Shown here: piece by piece, positions 18,337 to 28,264 of the stretch | Numbering within the stretch: the stretch's first letter is position 1 | Layout of the letters: each line of letters starts with the position of its first letter | Assembly (NCBI GenBank): GCA_034520945.1 | Contig: JAXHNB010000002.1 | Coordinates: 288,001-352,000, forward strand | DNA length: 64,000 bases | From: Trueperaceae bacterium | GTDB lineage: Bacteria > Deinococcota > Deinococci > Deinococcales > Trueperaceae | Reading direction: 5' to 3' | Made by a program: the position numbers and the translations under genes | Notes under the pieces: generated by a model | Told to the model about the DNA's origin: nothing | Databases searched by the model: none | Seen by the model: the letters and a program-made list of their open reading frames with translations, nothing else

Positions 18337-19332
18337 GTGTCGGTGTTCCGCAAGGATCCATTCGGCGCCGCCTGGGTGCTGATTTCGCCCGAGCGTGGTC
18401 TCGAAGCGTCGGACTTCGGGAACACGACAAGACGGGCGTCGCGGTCGCCGCTGTCGCCCGGCGGCGACGGCGACCTCGAGGAGATCGATGCGCGCAGGCC
18501 GTCGGGTTCGCGGACGGGGGACCCCGATTGGCGGATGCGCGTCGTGCGGCAGCCCGCCGCCCTGCTTACGCCACGTCGCTTCGCGCGGGAGGACGACGGC
18601 CTGTTCCGGCAGGCGCCGGCCCACGGCCGCCAGGAGATCGTGGTCGAGCACCCCGACGCCGCCGCCCGCATCGAGTCGTTCCCTGAGGGGCACCTGGTCG
18701 AGGTGTTGCGGCTGTGGCGCGAGCGGCTGGCGGGCTTCGCCGCCGATCCGCACATCCGCCACGTTCAGGTGACCCGCAACGTGGGCGAGGTGGCCGGCGC
18801 CGCGTACGCGCACCCCCACTCGCTGTTGCTCGCCTCGCCCGTTCCCAGCCGGTGGGTCGAGGACGAGGTCGCCGCCGCCAGCGCCCATCATGCCGCGAGC
18901 GGCCGCTGCCTGTTCTGCGACGTGGCGGACGCCGAGCGCCGCGCCCGCGAACGCGTGGTCGCGACCAACGACGCCTACCTGGCCATCGCGCCGTACGCCA
19001 GCAAAACGCCGTTCGAGACGTGGATCCTGCCGCGGCGGCACGGAAGCGCCTTCGCGGAGGAGCCCGTGAACGACCTATCCGAGCTGGCGTCGATGCTGCG
19101 GGTGGTGATTCGCGCGACGGCGACCGCGTTGAGCGATCCACCCTACAACCTGGTCCTGCACACGCTGCCCCATGCCGGAAACGACGCCTACCACTGGCAC
19201 GTGGAGGTATTGCCGCGTCTGACGCGCCAGTCGGGGTTCGACTGGGGGAACGGCTTCTACGTGAATCCCACCCCGCCCGAGTACGCCGCCACCTTCCTGC
19301 GCGAGGCGATGGCGATGTCGGCGTCGACGTGA
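18337..19332 (+). CDS. GalT-like (HIT superfamily) nucleotidyltransferase with divergent active-site residues
   Basis: RKDPF..WVLISPER, HPHS, CLFCD, PFETWILPRRH, YHWHVEVLPRL..GFDWG.G.YVNP. Confidence 0.8.
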   Translation: MSVFRKDPFGAAWVLISPERGLEASDFGNTTRRASRSPLSPGGDGDLEEIDARRPSGSRTGDPDWRMRVVRQPAALLTPRRFAREDDGLFRQAPAHGRQEIVVEHPDAAARIESFPEGHLVEVLRLWRERLAGFAADPHIRHVQVTRNVGEVAGAAYAHPHSLLLASPVPSRWVEDEVAAASAHHAASGRCLFCDVADAERRARERVVATNDAYLAIAPYASKTPFETWILPRRHGSAFAEEPVNDLSELASMLRVVIRATATALSDPPYNLVLHTLPHAGNDAYHWHVEVLPRLTRQSGFDWGNGFYVNPTPPEYAATFLREAMAMSAST

Positions 19333-19685
19333 GCGGGCCCGTCCGAAGCGCGGGGGAGCCCGTACCCGCGGAGCAGGCGCGAGGTGGCGCGCACGATCGC
19401 GCCACCTCGCGCGGCTTGCGCGTCCTCGGCGTGTTCGCGGCGCTGGGCGCGCTGCAGCTGCTGTTCCTGATCGGGGTCGAGCTCGACCGGACGGTGCGCC
19501 ATCGCGCGGCCATCGACGAGCTGCGCCAGCAGGTCGAATCGTTGCGCGCGGAGGCCGACGCGCTCCACGCCGTGGCGGAGCACGCCGACGACGATGCCTA
19601 CCGCGAACAACTCGCGCGGTTGCAGGGCTTCATGTATCCCGACGAGACGCGTGTGGTGGTGCTGCGCGATTCGTCGGGGCCGTAG
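19329..19685 (+). CDS. Septum formation initiator (FtsB/DivIC-like)
   Basis: One TM helix, a coiled coil and YREQLARLQGFMYPDE; GTGA overlap with the upstream gene. Confidence 0.7.
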   Translation: MSGPVRSAGEPVPAEQARGGAHDRATSRGLRVLGVFAALGALQLLFLIGVELDRTVRHRAAIDELRQQVESLRAEADALHAVAEHADDDAYREQLARLQGFMYPDETRVVVLRDSSGP

Positions 19686-19714
19686 CGTCCGGGACGGGGC
19701 GGTATTCTCCGCGC

Positions 19715-21277
19715 ATGGACGAAGGTGGCGAGGCGCGCATTCAGGAGTTGACGGCCGAGATGGAGGAGCGCCGCAAGCGCATCTCGCGCGGCGGCGGCGA
19801 GGACCGCATAGGACGGCAACACGAGGCCGGCAAGGCCACCGCGCGGGAGCGCATCGCCATGCTGCTGGACGAGGGGAGCTTCTGCGAGCTCGGCGTCTTC
19901 GTCGAGCCGATCGGCGGCAACGGCGCTCCGCTGGACGCGCCCGGCGAGGGGGTGGTGACGGGGCACGGCACCATCGACGGCCGGACCGTGTACGTGTTCA
20001 GTCAGGACTTCACCGTCATGGGCGGCAGTCTCGGCAAGATGCACGCCAGGAAGATCACCAAAGTGATGGATTTGGCCGCGCGGGCGGGCGCGCCCATCGT
20101 GGGCCTGAACGATTCGGCCGGCGCCCGCATCCAGGAGGGCGTCGACGCCCTCTCGGGCTACGGCGAGGTGTTCTACCGCAATGCCGTCTACTCCGGTGTG
20201 GTGCCCCAGATCAGCGCGGTGCTGGGCCCGTGCGCGGGCGGGGCGGTGTACAGCCCGGCGCTGACCGACTTCGTGCTGATGGCCAAGCACACGTCGTACA
20301 TGTTCATCACCGGTCCCGACGTGATCCGCTCGGTCACCAAGGAGGAGGTCGGGTTCGGTGACCTCGGGGGGGCCGAGGTGCACACGCGCCGATCCGGCGT
20401 GGCCCACCTGGCGTGCGAGGACGACCAGGAGGTCATGCAGCGCATCCGCGACCTTCTTGGCTTCCTGCCGTCCAGCGCGCGTGAGATGCCGCCCGAACGT
20501 CCCACCCGCGACCCGCTCGACCGCGAGACGCCGGAGCTGGCCCGCATGGTGCATCCCGATCCCAAGCGGCCGTACCCCATGCGGAAGGTGATCCGGACGC
20601 TGGTGGACGAGGGCAGGATGTTGGAGATCCAGCCGGACTGGGCGCGGAACATCGTGATCGGGTTCGCGCACCTGGGCGGTCGGTCGATCGGCGTCGTCGC
20701 CAACGACCCCAAGCACCTCGCGGGCACGCTGGACATCGATGCCAGCGACAAGGCGGCGCGGTTCATCCGCACCTGCGACGCGTTCAACGTTCCGGTGCTG
20801 ACGCTGGTGGACGTGAGCGGGTTCCTTCCCGGGGTGGGCCAGGAGCACGCCGGCATCATTCGTCACGGCGCAAAGATGTTGTACGCCTACGCCGAAGCCA
20901 CGGTGCCGAAGATCACCCTGATCACCCGCAAGAGCTACGGCGGTGCCTACTTGGCGATGAACTCGCGCGACATGGGCGCCGACGTGGTGCTGGCCTGGCC
21001 GACGGCGTCCGTGGCGGTGATGGGGGCGGAGGGGGCCGCCAACGTCATCCACCGCCGCGAGATCCAGGCCGCGGCCGACCCCGAGGCGCTCCGGGCCGAG
21101 AAGGTCGCGGCGTATCGCGCCGCTTATGACAACCCCTGGCGGGCGGCCGCCCGTGGCTACATCGACGACGTGATCGACCCCATCCGTACGCGCGGCGTGC
21201 TGGCGCGCCACCTGCGCGCGTTGGACGGCAAGGAGCTGGAACGTCCCTACCGCAAGCACGGCAACCTTCCGCTCTGA
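19715..21277 (+). CDS. pccB: Acyl-CoA (propionyl-CoA) carboxylase carboxyltransferase beta subunit
   Basis: QDFTVMGGSLG, DSAGARIQEG, GPCAGGAVYSPAL, RKSYGGAY, KHGNLPL. Confidence 0.92.
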   Translation: MDEGGEARIQELTAEMEERRKRISRGGGEDRIGRQHEAGKATARERIAMLLDEGSFCELGVFVEPIGGNGAPLDAPGEGVVTGHGTIDGRTVYVFSQDFTVMGGSLGKMHARKITKVMDLAARAGAPIVGLNDSAGARIQEGVDALSGYGEVFYRNAVYSGVVPQISAVLGPCAGGAVYSPALTDFVLMAKHTSYMFITGPDVIRSVTKEEVGFGDLGGAEVHTRRSGVAHLACEDDQEVMQRIRDLLGFLPSSAREMPPERPTRDPLDRETPELARMVHPDPKRPYPMRKVIRTLVDEGRMLEIQPDWARNIVIGFAHLGGRSIGVVANDPKHLAGTLDIDASDKAARFIRTCDAFNVPVLTLVDVSGFLPGVGQEHAGIIRHGAKMLYAYAEATVPKITLITRKSYGGAYLAMNSRDMGADVVLAWPTASVAVMGAEGAANVIHRREIQAAADPEALRAEKVAAYRAAYDNPWRAAARGYIDDVIDPIRTRGVLARHLRALDGKELERPYRKHGNLPL

Positions 21278-21377
21278 GCGGGGCTTCGCACGGGTAGCAT
21301 GCCCAGCGTAGGCGGCGCAGCGCCCGCGAACGCCGTGGGCCGGTCGTACTCGCCCCAAGCCGACGAGGAGGACGAAC

Positions 21378-22208
21378 ATGGACGTCGAGGTACTGGGACG
21401 TGCCGCATTGGGCATGGCCGTGGACGTGGTCGCGGCCGGCGCCATACTGGTGGTCGGTTGGACGGTGGCCGGCTGGGCTTCGCGCCTGGTCGGCCGCTCA
21501 GCGGAGAAGAACGCGCATTTGGACCGGACGATCGCGAGCGTGCTGATCCGGCTGGTGCGGTGGGGCATCATCGCGTTCACCGTCATCGCCGTGCTGGGGC
21601 GGTTCGGGATTCAGACCACCAGCCTGGTGGCGCTGTTGGGGGCGGCCGGCCTGGCCGTCGGTCTGGCGCTGCAGGGCGCCCTCTCGAACGTGGCGGCGGG
21701 TGTGATGATCCTGGGCCTGCGCCCGTTCCGGCTCGGCGACGTCGTGGACATCGGTGGCACGTTCGGGACGGTCGACGAGATCGGCCTGTTCAGCACGCGC
21801 CTCGAGATGTTCGACGGGGTGGTGGTTCACCAGCCCAACACCAACATCTGGGGCACCGAGATCAAGAACTACTCGCAGGCCAAGCTTCGGCGTGTCGACG
21901 TGGCCGTGGGCGTCGGGTACGGCGTCGACCTCGGCAGGGCGATGGAGGTCGCGCGCGGGATGTTGGACGAGGAGACACGCATCCTCGGGGACCCCGAGCC
22001 CTTCGTCGCCGTGGAATCGCTGGGGGACGACGCCGTCGGTCTGATGGTGCGTGGATGGACCGCGCCGGCGGACTACTTCGTCACCAAGCTCGACCTGACC
22101 CGGCGCATCAAGGAACGCTTCGACCAGGAGAAGATCGGCATTCCCTACCCTCAACGCGATCTTCACCTGATCCAGGACGGCCCCATCGACGTTCGCAACG
22201 TGTCCTGA
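21378..22208 (+). CDS. mscS: Small-conductance mechanosensitive channel
   Basis: Three TMs, GAAGLAVGLALQGALSNVAAG, RPFRLGD, IPYPQRDLH. Confidence 0.92.
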   Translation: MDVEVLGRAALGMAVDVVAAGAILVVGWTVAGWASRLVGRSAEKNAHLDRTIASVLIRLVRWGIIAFTVIAVLGRFGIQTTSLVALLGAAGLAVGLALQGALSNVAAGVMILGLRPFRLGDVVDIGGTFGTVDEIGLFSTRLEMFDGVVVHQPNTNIWGTEIKNYSQAKLRRVDVAVGVGYGVDLGRAMEVARGMLDEETRILGDPEPFVAVESLGDDAVGLMVRGWTAPADYFVTKLDLTRRIKERFDQEKIGIPYPQRDLHLIQDGPIDVRNVS

Positions 22209-22229
22209 GCCCGGCCCGCGCCGCGGAGC

Positions 22230-23411
22230 TCAGCGCGAGGGGCGCACGCGCCCCGTCCGGAGCTCGGGCAGGAAGACCACCAAGGCGGCCGCCCCCAACG
22301 CCGCGCTGAGCGCGAACAGCGAGCCGTACCCGCCGAGCCCTGCCTCCAGCCAGGCGCCGAGGCCCCACTGAAGCGCGAAGCCGCCTGCGAACATGAACAG
22401 GTTCACGGCGGTCACGGCCCGCCCGGTCAGGGACAGGGGGAACGAGGCGCGGGCCAGCGTGAACAGCAACGCCGAGGTGGCGCCGCTGACGCCCAATGCG
22501 GCGAACGCCACGCTCAGCACGCCGCCCCCCGGCTCCGGCAACCACGCCAGCACCACCTGCACGGCGATGAACGCCCCCGTCGCGATCGCCAAAGCGCGCG
22601 CCGCGCCGACGCGTGCGCCCAGGGCGCCGAGCACCAGGTAGCCGGCCGAGACGCCCACGCCGAACGCCAGCAACACGTTGCCCGTCGATAGGCGCGTCAG
22701 GCCGAGACCCTCTTCGAGGTACGGCCCGGCCCACAGGCTCTGAAAGGCGAAGATCACGCTGGTGGTCGCCACGGCCAGGGCGGCCGCCCGCCAGAACGGC
22801 GGCCGCCGGAACACGTCCGCCAGGCTTCCCTCGGCGGCCGAGCGGCCGGCCTCGTGTCCCGGTGCGGCCCGGCCGAACGCCAGGATCAGCGCCGCGGAGG
22901 CGGCCAGGGCCACGGCGCCGAACACGAACACGGCCCGCCACCCGAACGCGTCCGCCGCCCAGGCCAACGGCGTGGAGGCGAGCAGCGCGCCGCTGGTTCC
23001 GATGGCCACCATCGCCCCCGACGCGGCCGCGAAGTGGCCGACGTCGAACCAGCCGGCCAGGGCCTTGAGGCCCCCCATCAGGATGCCGGCCGTTCCCAGC
23101 CCCATCAGCGCCCGCCCCGCTGCCAAGGTCCAGAAGTCGGGTCCGACCGCGAACACCAGACTGCCGACCACCGCGGCCAGCATCAGCGCGGGCGTGGTGA
23201 CGCGGGCGCCCCACCGGTCGAGGGCGCTGCCCAGGGGGAGCTGCGCCGCTGCGAACGCGAGGAAGTAGGTGCTGGTCATGAACCCCAGGTCGCCGGCGTC
23301 CAGCCCGACGTCGGCCTTCAGGTCGCCTGCGATGACCGCGTTGGCGCTGCGGACGAAGTTGGAGAGAAAGTGCGCCAGGGCGAACACGAGGAACACGGCC
23401 GCGCGGTGCAT
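22230..23411 (-). CDS. MFS transporter
   Basis: About 12 hydrophobic segments; motif A GSALDRWGAR. Confidence 0.88.
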   Translation of the reverse strand: MHRAAVFLVFALAHFLSNFVRSANAVIAGDLKADVGLDAGDLGFMTSTYFLAFAAAQLPLGSALDRWGARVTTPALMLAAVVGSLVFAVGPDFWTLAAGRALMGLGTAGILMGGLKALAGWFDVGHFAAASGAMVAIGTSGALLASTPLAWAADAFGWRAVFVFGAVALAASAALILAFGRAAPGHEAGRSAAEGSLADVFRRPPFWRAAALAVATTSVIFAFQSLWAGPYLEEGLGLTRLSTGNVLLAFGVGVSAGYLVLGALGARVGAARALAIATGAFIAVQVVLAWLPEPGGGVLSVAFAALGVSGATSALLFTLARASFPLSLTGRAVTAVNLFMFAGGFALQWGLGAWLEAGLGGYGSLFALSAALGAAALVVFLPELRTGRVRPSR

Positions 23412-23611
23412 GGCGGCCAGCCTAGCAGCCCGGGGGGCCCGTCCCGTTTCCTGCCGGCGCGCATCCCACGGGGCGCAGCGGCGGGCCGTGGCGCCGGCCT
23501 AGGCTCGTTTCACGCCGCCTCGACGCCCGGAGATCCGGGTCGGCGCGTCCGGTCTTCCCGCGACCGGCGGGTCGGGGGTGCCGGCGCCGTCGCGGGCCCG
23601 AGGAGGACGAC

Positions 23612-24394
23612 ATGGCACTCGGACTGAATCACGCCCTGCTGGTCGGCACGTTGGTGCGCGATCCCGATCTTCGCTACACCCCCGCCGGGCTGGCCGTGCT
23701 GCGGTTGGACCTGGCGGGCGACGACCACCTTCACGACGAGGACGGCACGCTCCGGGCCCGGCCCTGGTATCAGCGGGCCACGGTGTTCGGCGCGCAGGCG
23801 GAGCGGGTCGTCGACCACCTGCGGACGGGCACGCCGGCGATGGTGGACGGTCACCTCGAGCAGCGCACCTTCGAGGGGGAGGACGGCGAGACCCGGCGCT
23901 CGCTGGACGTGGTCGGGCGTCGCGTCGAGATCCTCGGCCTCGGCGCACGGGACGGTGAGGACGCCTTCGCGGTGGATGCGCGCGACCAACCCCGGCTTCG
24001 CGACGCCGTGAACGCCATGCGGCTGGTCGGGAATCTGACCCGCGACGTCGACATGCGTCGCACCGAAGGCGGGCACGCGCTGGCCCGGTTCTCGGTGGCC
24101 GTCAACGAGCGCTCGGGCGGCGAGTCGTCGACCCACTTCGTGGACGTGCAGGCCTGGCGGGAGGTGGCGCTGGGCTGCGAGGGCCTGGACAAGGGCGCGC
24201 CCGTCTACGTGGAGGGGAGGCTGGTGACCGACGCGTGGACGGACGCCGAGGGCCGACGCCGGTGGAGCAGCAAGCTCGAAGCGCGCCGCGTCGAGGTGAT
24301 CGTTCGGCTTCCCAGGCCCGCCGATCCCGCGCCGCCGCCCGAAACGGGGGCGGCGCGCCCCGGGGAGGAGGCGGAGGCCGAGCTCTCGGCCTGA
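23612..24394 (+). CDS. ssb: Single-stranded DNA-binding protein, double-OB-fold Deinococcus-Thermus type (probable paralog)
   Basis: Two OB repeats (LNHALLVGTLVRDPDLRYTPAG; VNAMRLVGNLTRDVDMRRT..FVDVQAWRE); AGGAGG RBS. Confidence 0.88.
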   Translation: MALGLNHALLVGTLVRDPDLRYTPAGLAVLRLDLAGDDHLHDEDGTLRARPWYQRATVFGAQAERVVDHLRTGTPAMVDGHLEQRTFEGEDGETRRSLDVVGRRVEILGLGARDGEDAFAVDARDQPRLRDAVNAMRLVGNLTRDVDMRRTEGGHALARFSVAVNERSGGESSTHFVDVQAWREVALGCEGLDKGAPVYVEGRLVTDAWTDAEGRRRWSSKLEARRVEVIVRLPRPADPAPPPETGAARPGEEAEAELSA

Positions 24395-24498
24395 TTCGGG
24401 CCGGCGCCCGGCGTTCGTTCCATGACGGTGGGCTGCGCCCGCTCGCTCTCCGGAGGGCGTCGCGGCCGTGATGACGAGACGGTCGCATGGCCGTCTCG

Positions 24499-26107
24499 TC
24501 ATCCTGGTAGCGACGCGGAGGCGCCCGCCTCCACGGCGGTCGACGGCTCGGTGGGGGCTGCCAGCCAGGTGCTCAGGTCCTCCCGAAGCCGGGCGAGGTC
24601 CAAGGTGCGGCGCGCACGGGTCACACCGACGTACAGGAGATTCAGCTCGCTCCGGGCGGCTTCGCGGTCGGGGGCGGCGCGAAGGGCCCCCGCATCCGTC
24701 GGCACGCGCGGGAAGTCGTGCCACAGCGTGACGTGATCCCACTCTCGCCCCTTCGCCTTGTGGGCCGTGGACAGCACCACCGGCGCGTCGGCTTCGCGGG
24801 GCAGGTGTGCCCGCTCCAGCGCCCGGCACAGGGCGGGCGTGTCGTGGCCGTACGCCTCGACCCGCGTACGCAACATGCTCAGCGCCCCGCGGCGCCGCTC
24901 GGCCGCCTCCACCAGCGCGTCCCACGTGTTCAGGCCGGCCAGCTCGGGATGGGCGGGCCCGTCCGTGCCGCAGGGAACCTGGGCACGCCCCCGCCCGTTC
25001 CGCCTCCCGGCTGGCGGCCTGCTGCGGCCTCGGTCGGCCCACAGGGCGTACGCCGCCCGCAACAGCCGTACGGTCTCCGCCACGCCGCCGACGACGTGCA
25101 CGCCCCCCTCGCCGAAGGCGAGGGCGGCCTCCAGCACGCCGGCGTTGGTCCGGCACAGGACGGTACAGGGCGGCTGCGCCGCTTCGGGCACGGTGCGGAC
25201 GCTGCCTGCCGCCCCCGAACCACTCAGGCGGGGTCTGCGGTCGATCACGGTCAAGATGCGCCGCGCCACGGCGGCGATCTCGGGCCCGAACCGGAACGAG
25301 CGCGTCAGGCGCGTCTCGGGCAGTCCGGAGGCGGCCATGGCGTCGACGGCGCCCCGCCAGGCGTAGATTCGCTGGGCGGGATCCCCGACCAGGAGTCGTC
25401 GTGGTGCGGCGTCGTCCAGAAGCGTGAGCATGACCGGCGCCAGGTCCTGGGCCTCGTCGACGAGCAGCAGCTCGGCCGGCAGCGTGGGCCGTGCCAGCGC
25501 GAACAACTTCAGGTAGGCGTCGTGGTTCAGGGGCGCGTCGTCGTCGGGATCCGCGATGCGGCGCCACGCCCGCGCGGCCCGCCGGCTCAGCCACCGGATC
25601 CGTTCCGCGGCCCGGTCGCGGCCCAAGGTGGCGATCAGATCCGCCCGCACGGCTTCCGGGCACGTGCGACGCGTCCGGGCCTTCCGTTCCGTCCGCCGCG
25701 AAGGTCGCGAACACCGACCGCAGGTGCTGAACGTGGGTCCAACGGCCGGGATCGTTCCGCGACAGGTCGGCGAGGTCGGCGAGCGTGGCCAGCGGCAGCG
25801 TCCCGTCGGCGGACCGGAACTTGCGCTCGTAGCGGGCGTGCCCGGCCACGACGTGCTTGAAGGCGAGCGCGTGCAGGGTGGTGGCGCGCACGTGCGCCGG
25901 GACGCGGGCGGCGGCCTCACGGGCGATGGCCCGATTGAATGCGAGGAACAGCGTCGGTGTCGGCGCCGTCCGGGAGGTCACGGCCAGAAGGGTGTGCGTC
26001 TTGCCGCTCCCGGCGCGTGCCGTGACGGCCAGCGCGTCCCCTGACGCCGCGCGATCGACCACGCGGCGTTGTTCGTCGCTGAGCGGAGGGGCCGCGGACG
26101 AGCTCAC
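24499..26107 (-). pseudogene. UvrD-like SF1 helicase interrupted by a 1-nt frameshift near 25654-25660 (pseudogene or sequencing error)
   Basis: EQ..ARAGSGKT, LAFN and TLHALA lie in one frame; DEAQD, VGDPAQRIY, LTRSFRF, STAHKAKGREW and NLLYVGVTRA lie in another. Confidence 0.85.
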
Positions 26108-26294
26108 GATGTCGCAGGCTACGACCGGCGGGCGGTGCGCGCAGCGCCCAGCGGGCGCGCTGCCCGCCGACGACCGGCCCGGCGCCGCGCGTGGCACGGG
26201 AGGACGGGCGCCGCGATCGGCGTTGGCCGAGTGGGACCCGTGCACGCCCGAGAGGCACGGGCGACGTGCCGAGCGTCAGGGTCGTTCGACGCCG

Positions 26295-26663
26295 TCACGC
26301 GATGGGGCGGAGGTCCTCCATCACCTGCCATCCCACGCCCGGCGGCGTGGTCTCGAGGGCGGCCTGAAGGGTTTCGGCCAGCCAGGGCACCAACCGGCCC
26401 GCGGTCTCCTCGTCCTCGTCGAAGGTGAGCACGGTGAACTGGTACACCCGTTGCGTCTCCGCGGGCGTGCCGTCGTCGAAGAACGTGAACGGCGGGCGCG
26501 GCATCTCGTCCCACAACACGTGCACGTCGGGCTCGAGCCGCCGCGGAAGGTAGTCGGCGAAGTCGATGTCCAGGCTCCTGGGGTGCCACACGTAGCCCTG
26601 CAGCAGTTTGATGGGTCGGGTGTCGCTTTGGCCGACGTCGGGTCCGCCCGGCCCGTTCGTCAC
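26295..26663 (-). CDS. DUF3208-like Deinococcus-Thermus protein
   Basis: LLQGYVWHP..LWDE..PPF.FFDDGTP..TQRVYQFT..GVGWQVMEDLRP; GTGA overlap with the HAD gene. Confidence 0.75.
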   Translation of the reverse strand: MTNGPGGPDVGQSDTRPIKLLQGYVWHPRSLDIDFADYLPRRLEPDVHVLWDEMPRPPFTFFDDGTPAETQRVYQFTVLTFDEDEETAGRLVPWLAETLQAALETTPPGVGWQVMEDLRPIA

Positions 26664-27277
26664 GTCGTCTCCAGGCCCGTGGGGACGTCCGGGACGACCG
26701 CGCGCCACTGCACGACGAAGTCGTCGAGATCGGCGAAGTGGATGCCGTGGAACCCGAGCGCGCGGCAGGCATCGACGTTGGCCGCGCTGTCGTCGACGAA
26801 CACCGTCTCGTGGGGGGCGACACCGAGCGCGTCGCTCAAGGCCGCGAAGGCGTCCGGATCGGGCTTGCGAACGCCGATCTCGTTGCTGAACACGAACGAC
26901 TCGAAGCGCCGCATGCGTGGGTCGTCGCGCACGCGGTCGCACAACTCCGGCACGTTGTTGGACAGCATGCCTACGCGGTAGCTCGTCGGGATGCCCCCCA
27001 GCACCGAGAACATGGCGATGCGTTCCTGGACCGAGCCCAGAAAGGTCTCACGGAACGTGGCCAGGTCGAGATCCAGACCCGCGGCCTCGGTCAAGCGGCG
27101 GTGAAAGGTGGCCATGTCGAAGGCGCCGACCTCGAACTCCGCCATCAGCGGCAGGTAGGCCGCCTCCACGCGTTCGGGCGGAACGTCGCCGGCCGCGGCG
27201 AGCGCCTGGATGGCGCGTCCGTCGAAGGTGCCTTCGGTGAAGATCCCCCCCCAGTCGAAGGCGATGGCTCGGATCAC
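26660..27277 (-). CDS. HAD-family phosphatase
   Basis: FDWGG, LSNN, KPDP and FVDD motifs. Confidence 0.88.
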   Translation of the reverse strand: MIRAIAFDWGGIFTEGTFDGRAIQALAAAGDVPPERVEAAYLPLMAEFEVGAFDMATFHRRLTEAAGLDLDLATFRETFLGSVQERIAMFSVLGGIPTSYRVGMLSNNVPELCDRVRDDPRMRRFESFVFSNEIGVRKPDPDAFAALSDALGVAPHETVFVDDSAANVDACRALGFHGIHFADLDDFVVQWRAVVPDVPTGLETT

Positions 27278-27347
27278 GTGGCCTCCCTCCGCGCCGCTCT
27301 GGCGGCGCCGGCGCGCACCCTATCGCACGTGGCGTCGCGCCCAGGCG

Positions 27348-28181
27348 TCATGCCGCGCCCGTGGCGTCGCCTCCGGCGGCCGGCACGGCGGCTCTGGGAC
27401 CGACCTCGTCCTGGTACCAGCGGAAGAAGATCGCGATGAACGGAATGCCGAACGCGAACAGGCCCGCCACCTTCATGACCGCTCCGCCGAGGGCTTGCTC
27501 CGACAGGGCCGGCATGCCGAGGGTCCAGGCGGCGTTGGCGTAGGTGGGGTACAGGACCTGGTCCGAGAAGGTGATCGCGCCGAATACCGGGATTTGGAAC
27601 ACGGGGAGCAGGAACAGGTAGATCAGGCGCACCACGTGCGGCGGACGGGGCAGTTCCGGTAGGGGACTCAGCAGGGGCCACCACAGCAGAAGCGAGGTCG
27701 CCAGGAAGATCAGGTGCTCGGTGTGGTGCAGCGTGCCGTTGTTCAACGCCCCTTCGTACACCGCCGGAATGTGCCATGCGGAGAAGGTGACCGTGAACAC
27801 GGCGAACGCGACGAGCGGCTGCGTGAGGACGCGCGCCACCGGCGCCGTGAACCGTCCGAGCATCAACGGGCGTAGCATCCACGCGGGGACGCTGGCCAGA
27901 AGCAGCGGCGCGGCCAGGTACGCGATGCCCAGGTGTTGCACCATGTGTGCCGTGAAGCTGTAACGCTCCGCCAGGTCGTGCAACGGCGAGCCTTCGAGCA
28001 GGTACAGCAGGATCAGGCTGGCGTAGTACCCGGCGGCGGAGCGCCTGGGGAACGGCGTGCCGGGTGCCAACCGGGCCCGAAGCGGTCCCGCGGCCAGACC
28101 GTAGACCGTCGCGAGGGTCACGAGCCCGCCGAGAAGGACCGGATCGGTTTGCCAGCTTAGGTAGAGAGGCGAGGGTGGCAT
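27348..28181 (-). CDS. ctaG: Cytochrome c oxidase caa3-type assembly factor CtaG
   Basis: SPLHDLAE..HMVQH..APLLL, WHIP..YE, HHTEH, EQALGGAVMK; TAGCAT 7 nt before ATG 28181. Confidence 0.88.
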   Translation of the reverse strand: MPPSPLYLSWQTDPVLLGGLVTLATVYGLAAGPLRARLAPGTPFPRRSAAGYYASLILLYLLEGSPLHDLAERYSFTAHMVQHLGIAYLAAPLLLASVPAWMLRPLMLGRFTAPVARVLTQPLVAFAVFTVTFSAWHIPAVYEGALNNGTLHHTEHLIFLATSLLLWWPLLSPLPELPRPPHVVRLIYLFLLPVFQIPVFGAITFSDQVLYPTYANAAWTLGMPALSEQALGGAVMKVAGLFAFGIPFIAIFFRWYQDEVGPRAAVPAAGGDATGAA

Positions 28182-28264
28182 CGACGACATGCTACGACGC
28201 GGGCCGGGTCAGCGCCCGGCCCGCGATTACGCGCCTACCGAGATGGGCCTGCCCAGGCCCGCCA

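Noticed and set aside
23412..23611. Deinococcal RDRM/DdrO box upstream of ssb (nfo/nucS and recQ upstream regions also inspected)
   Set aside because: No convincing AT-rich 17-bp palindrome is present; there are only GC-rich hairpins.
23510..26245. 911-aa minus-strand ORF
   Set aside because: Only about 26107-25660 is helicase; the rest is off-frame or antisense to ssb.
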